A DNA stretch of 64,000 nt from an uncultured Thermoanaerobaculia bacterium. GTDB taxonomy: Bacteria; Acidobacteriota; Thermoanaerobaculia; Multivoradales; JAGPDF01. A program made the position numbers and the translations under genes. A model generated the notes under the pieces. The model ran no database searches, had not been told where the DNA came from, and saw only the letters and a list, made by a program, of their open reading frames with translations. The stretch lies in contig CAYZBH010000004.1 in the NCBI GenBank assembly GCA_964476605.1, positions 704 to 64,703 of the forward strand, given 5' to 3'. Below are positions 19,301 through 28,900 of the stretch, in pieces (the stretch's first letter is position 1; each line of letters opens with the position of its first letter).

Positions 19301-22300
19301 ACCTGACGGCAAGCCGCCTCCTCGTGGATCTCTCCGCGCTGCCCCAGGTGTCGGCCTCGGTGCGCATCGGGAACGGCGGGCGCACTCCCGTCGGCCCTGG
19401 CCTGCCCGTGGCCTTCTTCGACGGCGATCCGCAGTCGGGCGGAGCCCTGATCACGACGAGGGAGGTTCCGCAGCCCTTGCTTCCGGGCGGCTACGCCGAC
19501 GTCTCCGTGAGCTTCCCTCTCGTGGCAGTTTCCTCCGGCCTCCTGGTGGTGGTTGCCGACCACGACGGGGTCTCGGGGCGGGAGCTCGAGTGCGACGAGG
19601 CGAACAACGTCGCGTCGGCCAGCCTCGATCTCACCTCGCTCGGGCTCTGGATCACGCTCGACGATGCCACCACGGCCGTCGGCGCGGGAGACGAGGTCGA
19701 AGTGATTCTCGCGGTCCACAACGCCTTCGCCGGAGCAGCTTCCGGCATCGCGGTCGAGGACACGCTTCCCCAACACACGCAGTTCGTTTCGGCGAGCGAC
19801 GGTGGTGCCGTGTCTGCGGGTGTCGTCTCGTGGCCCGCCTTCGGACTCGGGTCGGGCGAGACGAAGATCCTGCGCCTGACGTACGAGGTCGACCCCGCGA
19901 TTCCGATCGGCGTCACCAGTCTCACGAATCAAGCGACCGTCACCGACGACGGCTCGCAGGGACCCGATCCCTCCCCCGGGAACAACGTGGCGACCGACGT
20001 GAACACGGTGACCACGGTGACGGCGGACGCAGGCGGACCCTACCTGGCGGCGGAAGGGACGACGGTGCTCCTCGACGGCACGGCCTCATTCGATCGCGAC
20101 GGCACCATCGTCTCCTACCTCTGGGATCTCGACGGAGACGGGGAATACGACGACGCCAGCGGCCCGACCGTGCTTTGGTACGCGGCCGACGAGGGGGCAT
20201 TCACCGTCCGGCTCCAGGTGACGGACGACGCGGGCGAGATCGACGTCGACGCGGCTTCGGTGGTGATCTCGAACGTCGCGCCATCGATCGAAGCGCCGGC
20301 GGCGATCCCCGGAGAGGAGGGCGCTGCCCTGACCCTCGCGAGCGTCGTGGTGGGAGATCCGGGACTCGAGGACGGGCTCGTCGCCACGGTGGCGTGGGGG
20401 GATGGCGCCGAAGAGTCTTTCCCGGTTGCGCGCGGCAGCCTCGCTCGAGACCACACCTACCTCGAGGACGGTACCTACGCGATCGAGCTTTGCGTCGCCG
20501 ACGGAGACGGCGGGGAGACGTGCGCGGCGATCGCGGCGCAGGTGGCGAACGTCGCCCCGCGGATTCCGGTCGCCGTGGGCTACGACGTGCTGGGCTGGTC
20601 TCACGAAGAGTTGGGGGCCGGAGGGACGACCTCCTGGAACGTGGCTGGGGACGGCCTTTACGCGACGGAGCTCAGGAATGGGGAGCCGACGGTGCTGGTC
20701 GGGGATCTTCCGAGCCTCGGGGAGATCGCGTTCGACGTCCGGACGACCGACGGCGACGACGACTACTTCGGAGTCGCTGTCGGCTTCCATCCGGGCGATC
20801 TGGCCAACCACTCGGCCGACTACCTCCTGGTGGACTGGAAGGGAGGGGACCAGAGCGGCGCGCATCGCGGCCTCGCGCTCTCCCGCGTGCGCGGCGTGCC
20901 GATCCCCTCGGAGCTCTGGGCGCACTTCGACGCGGCCTCCAACGGCTCGGAGAACAGCGTCACGGAGCTCGCGAGAGGACTCACCCGCGGACATCAGGGC
21001 TGGCTCCGGAACACCGCCTATCGCTTCCGGCTGGAGGTCGGTTCCTCCCGCTTGCGCGTCTGGGTCGACGACGTGCTGGAGCTCGACTGGGCAGGATCGA
21101 TACCCGCCGGCGGGCTCGCGTTCTACGACTACTCGCAGGCGGCGACCACTTTCGCGACGGCCTCCTCGGCGCTCGCCCTCGGCGGCTCGGAGGGCGACTC
21201 GCTCGCGCTTCGCGCGCGCTTCTTCGACCAGGGAATCGAGGACACGCACACCGCGCGGGTCGCTTGGGGGGACGGCTCGGAGGAGTCGGTCCCTGTGGCC
21301 GAGGAACCGGGGGTCGGCGAGGTCCAGGCGACCCACGTCTACCCGGACGAGGGGGATCTGACGGCAGAAATCTGCGTCGCTGACGACGAGGGGGACGAAG
21401 GGTGCGCGGAGGTCCCGGTGCGCCTGGAGAACGTCGCGCCCACGCTGACCTGGATATTGACGACGACCGGATTCCGGGAGGATCCCGTGTCGCTCGCCGG
21501 GACGACCTTCACCGATCCGGGCATCCTCGATCTCCACAGCGCGACCGTCGACTGGGGTGACGGCACGGTCGAACCGGCGACGGTCATCGAGTCGAACGGC
21601 AGCGGCTCCGTCGAAGGGGCGCACGCCTACTCCTCGGCGGGGACCTACGCGCTCTCGCTCTGTCTCGACGACGGGGACGGAGGAGTGACCTGCGGGAACC
21701 GCACGCTCGAGCTGGTCGATCGCTTCCTGGATCTCGCGGTGACGAAGACGGTCTCGCCCGGGGAGGCACGGCCGGGCCAGCGAGTGACCTACGCGCTGAC
21801 GGTCACGAACCCAGGAACCCTGGCGGCCACGGGAGTGACTCTCACCGACCTCCTCCCGCAGCATCTCGGCTTCGTCAGCGCGAGTGGCGGCGGGACCCAC
21901 GCGAGCGGCGTGACGACGTGGGCGATCGGCACCCTCGCGCCGGGAGGCTCCGCGGTCGTGACGCTTCAGGCCGATGTCGCGGCGAGCGCGCCTTTCGGAG
22001 CCACGGTCTGGAACCACGCTTCCGTCGCGGACGACGGTGCCTCCGGCGCCGATGGAAATCCAGGAGACAACGAGGCTGCGGTACCTCTCCGCTTGAGCGA
22101 CTCCGTGACCCCGATCGTCACGATCGCCTCGCCGCTCGCCGGTACCGAGGGGCTGGCCCTCGCGCTCACGGGGGTCACCTTCGCGGATACCGCTCCCAGC
22201 CAGCGCCATACGGCGACCATTGACTGGGGCGACGGCACGACCGGCGCGGGAACCGTCACTCCCGCTTCCGGCCTGACCGGCACGATCGGCGGCTCTCACG

Positions 22301-25300
22301 TTTACGCCGACGACGGGATCTACCCGCTCGAGGTCTGTGTCACCGATCTGGGGTCCCATACGGGGTGCACGTCGGCAGCGATCACGATCGAGAACAGCAC
22401 TCCGGTGCTCCTCGACCCGGGTCCGGTCGACCTCCATCACTGGCGGGCGGAGGAGTACGCATCGACCGAAGCCCACGCGGACTGGCAGGTCGCGGCGGAC
22501 GGGCTCTCCGTTCATCAGGTCATCAACAGCACGCCGTCCGTCTTCGTCTCGCCGATCCCGGCGTTCGGAGTTCCCCTCGAAGGGATCATGAAGGTCGGTT
22601 GGGACGGGAACTGGGACAACGACTACATCGGCTTCGCGCTCGGGATCCACCGCGGAGACACCCTGAATCCGGACGCGGAGTGGTTGCTCGTCGATTGGAA
22701 GCAGGGGGACCAGACGGGCGCCCTTGCCGGCTTGGCGGTATCCCGCGTCTGGGGCATCCCGATGACCGGAGAGTTCTGGGTCCACACGGACAGCCCGGAC
22801 AACGGGCCGGAGAGTGGCGTCCAGGAGCTCGCCCGCGCCGCCACGCTGTCGCGCATCGGATGGACCGAGAACCGGGACTACCGCTTTCGCTTCGACTACG
22901 GGCCGACGCACCTGCGCATCTGGGTGAACGACGTGCTCCAGTTCGATCTCGTCGGAGCTTTCCCGGAGGGGGGCTTCGCCTTCTACAACTACTCGCAGCA
23001 GGACGTGCTCTACCGAGGCTTCACGGTCGGCGCCGAAGACCGCTTCGAGGGGGAGACCTTCGAGCTCATCGCGCCCTTCACTGATCTCGGCCCGATCGAC
23101 ACCTTCACAGGCGACGTCGTCTGGGACGACGGGGCGACGACCAGCGTCGTTCCCGAGGCGACCGGCGGATTCGGGGCGATTCGCGAGACCCATGTCTATC
23201 CGGACGACGGGGACTACGCGATCGGCGTCTGCGTCTCGGACGACGACAGCGCTACCGACTGCGGCTCCTTCCCGCTCCTGGTCTACAACCTGCCGCCGGT
23301 CGTGGAAGCCTCGGCGGAACTGATCGCGAGCGCGGGAATCGACCAAGCCTTCCCGCTCGCGACCTTCACCGACCCCGGCCGGCTCGACATCCACACCGCA
23401 ACGGTCTCCTGGGGTGACGGCGAGACCGGACCGGGGGACGTTTCGGAGGACGACGGGTCGGGAAGCGTCGCCGCGGTGCACGCGTATGCCGAGACCGGCG
23501 TCTATGGGGTGGAGATCTGCGTCGCGGACGACGATGGCGGCGTGGGCTGCGACACGACGGCGGTCACCGTGGGTGCGGAGCTGCCGGCGCTCGTCGCGAC
23601 GAAAGTCGTGACGCCGATCGACCTGGACGGCGACGGTCAGGTCACCCCGGGCGATCAGCTCGTCTATCGCGTCGAGATCGCGAACGTGGGAATCACTCCC
23701 GCGACCGGTATTCGTCTCACCGATCCCGTGCCGGCGCACACCGGGATCGTCGCGGGATCCGTGACGCCGGAGCTCTACGCCGTCGGAGAGGATCCCGTGA
23801 CGGTCGAAATCCCGACGCTCGCGCCCGGCGATTCGATGGTGGTGCAGTTCGTCGTGAGCATCGACACGCCACTCCCGACCGGCGTTCGCGAGATCGTCAA
23901 CAGCGGCACGGTGGAGGCGAACGAGGTCTCGCCGCTCCTCACGGACGACCCGTCGCTGCCCGGGCCGGCCGACCCTACGCGGATCCCGGTCGTGGTCTCG
24001 TCGGTGCTCGGGCTCGTGAAGACGGCGGAGCTCGTCGACCTCGACGGGGACGGCGTCGCGACGCCCGGAGACGAGATCCTCTGGCACGTCGAAGCGGCGA
24101 CCGGGGGCGACGTGGCGGCGACCGGCGTCCTCCTGCGCGATTCCATCCCCGAGAATTCGACGCTGGTGCCGGGTTCGGTCGTTGTCTCGCAGGGAACAGT
24201 CGTCGCCTTGGACCCGCTGACGGTCGCGATCGGCGATCTCGCGGTCGGTTCGCTGGTCACGCTCGAGATGCGGACCACGATCGATCCTGCGCTTCCGCCG
24301 GAGGTCACGGAGATCGCGAACCAGGCGTCGGTCGGCTCGACCGAGATCGACCTCCTGCTCTCGGACGATCCCGCGACACCGATCCCCGCTGATCCGACCG
24401 TGGTCCCGGTCTATCGCTATCCGGTGCTCTCGGTCGCTCCGGCGACGGTGGTCGAGGGGGATGCCGGTGTGACGCCTCTCCTCTTCACGGTGTCACTCGA
24501 CCGCGCGGTCACGGAGAGCGTGAGCGTTACTTGGAGCCTTGCCGACGGGACTGCGACGGCGGGAGAGGACTACGCGCCGGCCTCGGGCGTCGTCTCGATC
24601 CCCGCCGGAGCCACCGAAGCCACGGTGAGCGTCGACGTGCTCGGTGACCAGGTCGTCGAGGCGGACGAGACTTTCTCGGTGACGCTCGCGGAACCCGTTC
24701 TGGCGACGCTCGGCGTGGCGACGGCGACCGGCACGATCGTGAACGATGACGCGACCGAGCTCTTCGCCGCCGACGTGGCGGTCGAGGAGGGGGAGCCGGC
24801 GATCGTGAGCGTCGTGCTCACCTTCCCGAGCGCGCTGCCGGTGTCGGTCGCCTGGACGACGGCCGACGGCACGGCGGTGGCGGGGGAGGACTACGTGCCC
24901 GCGTCGGGTATCGTCGAATTCGCGCCCTTGCAGACCTCGCTCACGCTCGTCGTCGAGACGATCGAGGAGGAGGTTCAGGAGGAGGACGAGACGCTCAGCG
25001 TTCTCTTCTCGGCGCCGCTCGGTGCGGGTCTGCCCGATCCGGAAGCGATCGTGACGATCCTCGACGACGACACGCCCGACTGCGCTCTCACCTGTCCCGA
25101 GCGGCTCGTCGTTGCGAACGATCCCGCCCTCTGCGGGGCGTCCGTCGTATTACCCGATCCCTCGAGCGTGGGGGAGTGCGGCGAGGTGTTCTGCGCTCCA
25201 GCGTCGGGCGAGTTCTTCCCGGTGGGGGTGACGACGGTCGTTTGCACCGCCGGCGCGGTCGCGGTGAGTTGCACGTACGAGGTCGAAGTGCAGGATCTCG

Positions 25301-25905
25301 AGCCGCCGGAGGTGGAAGCGCCGGAGCTCGCTGTGGGGAACGATGCCGGGCTCTGCTCCGCGGTCGTGTCGTTCGAGGCCACGGCTAGCGACAACTGCCC
25401 GGGTCTCAGCGCTCTCACCTGCGCTCCATCCTCCGGGACCTCCTTCCCGGTTGGCACGACGCCGGTGAGCTGTTCGGTCGCCGATGCGGCCGGGAACAGC
25501 GCGTTCGATAGCGGTCGCGTCGAGGTTTCGGACCTCGAGGCGCCGATCCTCGACAGCTGTCCGGACGACGTGACCCTGGAGCTCCCTCCTGGCACCGAGA
25601 GCTGGCGGGTCGAATTCGCCCTTCCGCCCGGGTCGGACAACTGCCCGGGCCTGTTGATCGACTGCGTCCCGGCCTCTGGGAGCGACTTCCCGATCGGAAG
25701 CACGGAGGTCCTCTGTACCGCGATCGACGGTGCGGGTCTCCAAGCGAGCTGTGACTTCGTGGTCGATCTCTCGGCGCTCTCGGTGCTCGAGATTCCGACC
25801 CTTTCGGGACGGAGCCTGGCGCTTTTCGCGCTGATGCTCGGAGCAGGAGGAGGACTTCTCATTCGTCGGCGGAGGGGGTCGGCTAGCATGCGAGGAAACC
25901 GATGA
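16336..25905 (+). CDS. Giant (3,189 aa) secreted multidomain adhesin: DUF11 conserved repeats, FG-GAP/integrin-alpha-like beta-propeller, PKD-like repeats, two LamG/ConA-like modules, two Calx-beta domains, four HYR-like Cys-bounded modules, C-terminal IPTL-CTERM-like sorting tail
   Basis: - Signal peptide: MKQSHASLAGVVVSLGLWAFGGMAAAEA.
- DUF11-like: VTNTG/LTVTNPGTLAATGVTLTDLLPQHLGFVSASGGG.
- FG-GAP: DIDNDGKPEIL, DLDGDGFAEIVVG, DFDGDGAPEIGVA, DFDGDGWLEIIY, DVDRDGNAEIVV.
- PKD-like: xWGDG....HxYxxxGxYxxxxCVxDDDGG..C, about 6 copies.
- Calx-beta: TVVEGDAGVTPLLFTVSLDRAV...ETFSV.
- HYR-like: C...CGASVV...C.P.SGS.FPVG.T.V.C.A, 4 copies.
- C-terminal tail: EIPTLSGRSLALFALMLGAGGGLLIRRRRGS (motif + TM + basic). 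Confidence 0.85.
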   Translation: MKQSHASLAGVVVSLGLWAFGGMAAAEAPPLPSSRYGAVSLAGAPAPDGTVVSARFAGLEVAATVVDASSGTARYRLDVPGDRAETPEIEGPAEGEPFELRVGGALAATETWQSGLYTAADLATGGGADLAVAIDDGVTSIAAGGSLGAAVSVANQSSMAATGVDLVVDLPTGAALVSASDGGALDAQGRLRWPQFAISGGDGATRSFVAQLPSAYPAGIEIVETRVAVRHDGAEGGDPDPSDDSAGDVDALEAAPDLVTSVSDGASSVAPGSTLFYRTTVANSGTQGATGVELEVALPSGAELFSTSHGGHESGGVVRWPAVSLPASATFERVMTLRLPEDLDPGVGSLTVLAHAADDGTNGDDLEPADNDAIDVDGVTHAPDLVAREVSRFGTTTDPTTLEISGEVLVTMTNSGTLASGPFTTVVFLDVNGDGSYDPLVDSALGTAGHLSLVPQESNSVLVPVAGTVPFLGDRLFAFLDSDHEVSELSETNNVANSSTSCGAVPPPESFAPRVELSWPPAGGPTNFPRAIDSLSTPLVVQLTDDNGDGLWNELDIPDLVFVTADLTYLLEPQVALRAIRGGSGTPIFDVNGFFPHPTNPQLLSFSGLAAGDIDNDGKPEILSTTFGPAPFNQIRAYEHNGVPKWVSAAYRTHPSPTGLSNRDNPTIADLDGDGFAEIVVGANVFDRFGHLLWRGTGGQAFQSSGNSGDRGGAISVAADVDLDGRMEVVTGNTLYRWNGEIVWQVPWPDGFPAVANFDDDPQAEIVVVSQGTVRLHDTDGTLIWGPVTLPGSDPEAGGPPTIGDFDGDGAPEIGVAGSDVYVALDTDGSILWQAQTQDYSSNLTGSTTFDFDGDGWLEIIYRDERRLRIYRGYDGEVLFESVLSSNTQTEEPVVADVDRDGNAEIVVTSDRAPDVPVAPGERTYGLRVFGDAGDGWVAARPIWNQHAYTPELVDTDAGTPAVPAWSWLEHNSFRANVPPGGDPTAAPDLTASRLLVDLSALPQVSASVRIGNGGRTPVGPGLPVAFFDGDPQSGGALITTREVPQPLLPGGYADVSVSFPLVAVSSGLLVVVADHDGVSGRELECDEANNVASASLDLTSLGLWITLDDATTAVGAGDEVEVILAVHNAFAGAASGIAVEDTLPQHTQFVSASDGGAVSAGVVSWPAFGLGSGETKILRLTYEVDPAIPIGVTSLTNQATVTDDGSQGPDPSPGNNVATDVNTVTTVTADAGGPYLAAEGTTVLLDGTASFDRDGTIVSYLWDLDGDGEYDDASGPTVLWYAADEGAFTVRLQVTDDAGEIDVDAASVVISNVAPSIEAPAAIPGEEGAALTLASVVVGDPGLEDGLVATVAWGDGAEESFPVARGSLARDHTYLEDGTYAIELCVADGDGGETCAAIAAQVANVAPRIPVAVGYDVLGWSHEELGAGGTTSWNVAGDGLYATELRNGEPTVLVGDLPSLGEIAFDVRTTDGDDDYFGVAVGFHPGDLANHSADYLLVDWKGGDQSGAHRGLALSRVRGVPIPSELWAHFDAASNGSENSVTELARGLTRGHQGWLRNTAYRFRLEVGSSRLRVWVDDVLELDWAGSIPAGGLAFYDYSQAATTFATASSALALGGSEGDSLALRARFFDQGIEDTHTARVAWGDGSEESVPVAEEPGVGEVQATHVYPDEGDLTAEICVADDEGDEGCAEVPVRLENVAPTLTWILTTTGFREDPVSLAGTTFTDPGILDLHSATVDWGDGTVEPATVIESNGSGSVEGAHAYSSAGTYALSLCLDDGDGGVTCGNRTLELVDRFLDLAVTKTVSPGEARPGQRVTYALTVTNPGTLAATGVTLTDLLPQHLGFVSASGGGTHASGVTTWAIGTLAPGGSAVVTLQADVAASAPFGATVWNHASVADDGASGADGNPGDNEAAVPLRLSDSVTPIVTIASPLAGTEGLALALTGVTFADTAPSQRHTATIDWGDGTTGAGTVTPASGLTGTIGGSHVYADDGIYPLEVCVTDLGSHTGCTSAAITIENSTPVLLDPGPVDLHHWRAEEYASTEAHADWQVAADGLSVHQVINSTPSVFVSPIPAFGVPLEGIMKVGWDGNWDNDYIGFALGIHRGDTLNPDAEWLLVDWKQGDQTGALAGLAVSRVWGIPMTGEFWVHTDSPDNGPESGVQELARAATLSRIGWTENRDYRFRFDYGPTHLRIWVNDVLQFDLVGAFPEGGFAFYNYSQQDVLYRGFTVGAEDRFEGETFELIAPFTDLGPIDTFTGDVVWDDGATTSVVPEATGGFGAIRETHVYPDDGDYAIGVCVSDDDSATDCGSFPLLVYNLPPVVEASAELIASAGIDQAFPLATFTDPGRLDIHTATVSWGDGETGPGDVSEDDGSGSVAAVHAYAETGVYGVEICVADDDGGVGCDTTAVTVGAELPALVATKVVTPIDLDGDGQVTPGDQLVYRVEIANVGITPATGIRLTDPVPAHTGIVAGSVTPELYAVGEDPVTVEIPTLAPGDSMVVQFVVSIDTPLPTGVREIVNSGTVEANEVSPLLTDDPSLPGPADPTRIPVVVSSVLGLVKTAELVDLDGDGVATPGDEILWHVEAATGGDVAATGVLLRDSIPENSTLVPGSVVVSQGTVVALDPLTVAIGDLAVGSLVTLEMRTTIDPALPPEVTEIANQASVGSTEIDLLLSDDPATPIPADPTVVPVYRYPVLSVAPATVVEGDAGVTPLLFTVSLDRAVTESVSVTWSLADGTATAGEDYAPASGVVSIPAGATEATVSVDVLGDQVVEADETFSVTLAEPVLATLGVATATGTIVNDDATELFAADVAVEEGEPAIVSVVLTFPSALPVSVAWTTADGTAVAGEDYVPASGIVEFAPLQTSLTLVVETIEEEVQEEDETLSVLFSAPLGAGLPDPEAIVTILDDDTPDCALTCPERLVVANDPALCGASVVLPDPSSVGECGEVFCAPASGEFFPVGVTTVVCTAGAVAVSCTYEVEVQDLEPPEVEAPELAVGNDAGLCSAVVSFEATASDNCPGLSALTCAPSSGTSFPVGTTPVSCSVADAAGNSAFDSGRVEVSDLEAPILDSCPDDVTLELPPGTESWRVEFALPPGSDNCPGLLIDCVPASGSDFPIGSTEVLCTAIDGAGLQASCDFVVDLSALSVLEIPTLSGRSLALFALMLGAGGGLLIRRRRGSASMRGNR

Positions 25906-28900
25906 TGTGCGCCAAGCGATCGATGTTCGGCGACGGCCAGAGGCTGGTTGCGAGGTTGCTGATCGCCGCCTCGCTCCTGCCGACCGGGCCGGTGATGGGC
26001 CTGGGTCTCCTCGCGCCCGAGGAGCTCGGAATCGCCGTCGTGGAGCGCGTCCCCCTCGACGGGCGAGAGCTCACCGTCCGGGTGCGCACCACCACCTTCG
26101 ACGTCGTTCGCGATCGGGCCGCGCGAGTCTGGAGCAGCTGGCCGCCGCGCTTCGCGCGCTTCAGCGTTTTCGAGCTGCCGACGTGGATTTCGGCTAGGGG
26201 GGGCTCGGGCGGGTCGCTCCCGTTCACCGGTGGCGGCCCTAGGAACGCGCTGCTGCGCTGGCTGCAAGCGGACGGCGCGACGACCTCGGGCTCCTCGGTC
26301 CCTGCGCCGCAGGCGCAACCCGCTGCCGGCGATCCCTCGGACCCCTGGGGGATTCGCGAGGGATGGCGGCGGCCGGTCCTTCCGGCGCCACCGACGCCTC
26401 CGGATTTCGCTCTGCCTTCGCCCGGCGGGGCGGCGAACGCCGTCGCGCGACCGGGGACGCTTCGGCCGGCGGCGCCGGTGCCGCTCGCGCCGGCGTGGAA
26501 TCTGGTTTCGATCTCGTGGACGCCGGGCGATCCGTCGCCTGCGGCGGTGCTCGCCCCGGTCGCGTCGTCGATCGTCCGCGCGTTCGCCTTCGACGCTTGC
26601 GATCCCTCGGATCCTTGGAAGCTTTACGACCCGAGCGACCCGGGTGAGAGCGACCTCGCCGCGATCACGCCGGCGAAGGGGTTCTGGCTCGAGACGACGG
26701 GCGCCTCGACGATTCCGGAGGCGGGGCCGGAGCCGGCCGAGACGTCGATTCCGCTCTGCGTCGGCTGGAATCTCGTCGGCTTCCCCCGCTCTTCGTCGCA
26801 GGCGGTCGCCACGGCGCTCGCGACGATCGCCGGCCGCTATCTCCGTGTCTTCGGGTTCGATCCGAGCGATGCCGCCGACCCCTGGGAGGTCTACGACGTC
26901 GGCGTGCCGGCGTGGGCGAACGACCTCCAGGAGATGCGTCCCGGACGCGGCTACTGGATCTACGCCACCGAGGCGACGACCCTGGTGGTCTCGAACTCGA
27001 CCGATGCTCCGACGGTTTCGTTCGTCGCGCCGGCCGATCTCGCCGAGGTCACGGAGCGGGCGCCGGTCGTCGGGACGGTGCGCTCGACGTCGCTCGCCGG
27101 GTGGGAGCTCTCCTTCCGCGAGGCTGGCGTGGGAGGTTGGACCTCGCTCGCCACCGGCATTGCGCCCGTGGAAGCGAGTCCGCTCGCGACTTTCGATCCG
27201 ACCCTCCTCGAGAACGGGCTCTACGAGCTGCGGCTGCACGCGGTCGACACGCTGGGCCAGGTGGACGAGGCGACGATCGCGCTCTCGGTCGAGGGGCAGC
27301 AGAAGATCGGGCACTTCTCGCTCACCTTCGTCGATCTCGAGGTGCCGCTCGCCGGGCTGCCGATCCAGGTGCTGCGCGGCTACGACTCGAGGCGACGCGG
27401 CTCCTCCGGCGACTTCGGGTACGGGTGGAAGCTCGAGCTCAAGAGCGGCACGCTCCGCCACAACCGGATCCCGGGCGAAGGGTGGCAGCTCGCGGGGGGC
27501 TTCCTGCCGTGCGAAGCCTCGTACGAGCTCGACTCGCACCAGTCGACGGTACGTCTCTCGGATCGGGAGGTCTACCGCTTCCGGCCGGTGCTCTCGAGCC
27601 TCACACCGACGGCGGGGGGATGCTTCGCGACCTTCGGCTATGCGTTCGTGGACGGGCCGATTCCCGGTGCCACTCTGGAGGTCGTCGGAAACCGCCAGGT
27701 CTTCTACACCAACGGCGGCACCCAGCTCGTCGACACCGAGAGCTTCACCCTCTACGAGCCGGCGAAGGTCCGCCTGAGAACTCGCGACGGCCGCCAGTTC
27801 GAGCTCGACCGGCCGAACGGCGTCACCCGAATCGTCGACGCCAACGGCAATCGCATCGACTTCACGCCGACCGGCATCAGCCACTCGAACGGCGTGTCGA
27901 TCGTCCTCGAGCGGGACGGGCAGGGGCGGATCACCCGCGTCGTCGACCCGGCGGGAGCGGAGCTCCTCTACGGCTACGGTGGATCCGGGGACCTCGCGAC
28001 GTTTACCGATCGCGCGGCGAGCGTCACCAGCTTCGCGTACGGCGCCGGGCACTATCTGACGGAGATTCACGATCCGCTGGGGCGGACGCCGATCCGCAAC
28101 GAGTACGGTCCCGACGGGCGGCTCACGCGGCACGTCGATGCCTTCGGGCACGAGATCCTCTACGACCACCAGCTCGACGGCCGTCGTGAGGTGGTGACCA
28201 ACCGGCTCGGCGCCTCGCGCCTGCTCGACTACGACGCTCGCGGCAACGTCGTGCACGAGGTGGACGAGACGGGCCTCTCGACCGTTCGCACCTTCGACGC
28301 CGACGACCAGCTCCTTTCGGAGTCGATCGGCGGCCTGCCGGCCACGACCTACGCGTACGACGCCAACCGGAACCTGACGCGCACGACCGATCCGCTCGGG
28401 CACGCGACCCTCTTCACCTACGACGCCAAGGGAAACGTTCTCACGACGACCGACCCGCGCGGCGCGGTGACGACGAACGCCTACGACGCACGGGGCAACC
28501 TCGTTTCGACGATCGATCCGGCGGGCGGCTCCACGGCCTACACGTACGACGCGAAGGGAAATCTCCTCTCCGAGACCGACGCGCTCGGCCACGCGAGCGC
28601 CTTCGTCTACGACGCGCGCGGAAACCTCACGCGCGAGACCGACGCGCTCGGGAGCGTCGCGACCTACAGCTACGACACGCTCGGCAACCGGCGCTCCGAG
28701 ACCCGCACGCGCACGCTCCCCGACGGGACTCTCGAGCCGCAGGTCACGGGCTACATCTACGACGCGATGGGGCGCCTGCTCGCGACCACCGCGCCCGACG
28801 GCTCGGTGACCCGCTCGGAGTACGACGCGTTGGGCAACGTCGCGGCGACGGTCGACGCGCTCGACCGGCGCACCGAGCACACCTACGACGCGCTCGGCCG

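Noticed and set aside
26230-28189. Plus-strand alternative-frame ORFs (26230..27777, 26912..28189) inside the RHS gene
   Set aside because: Arg/Pro/Ser-rich nonsense in a different frame from the YD-repeat protein. Not supported.
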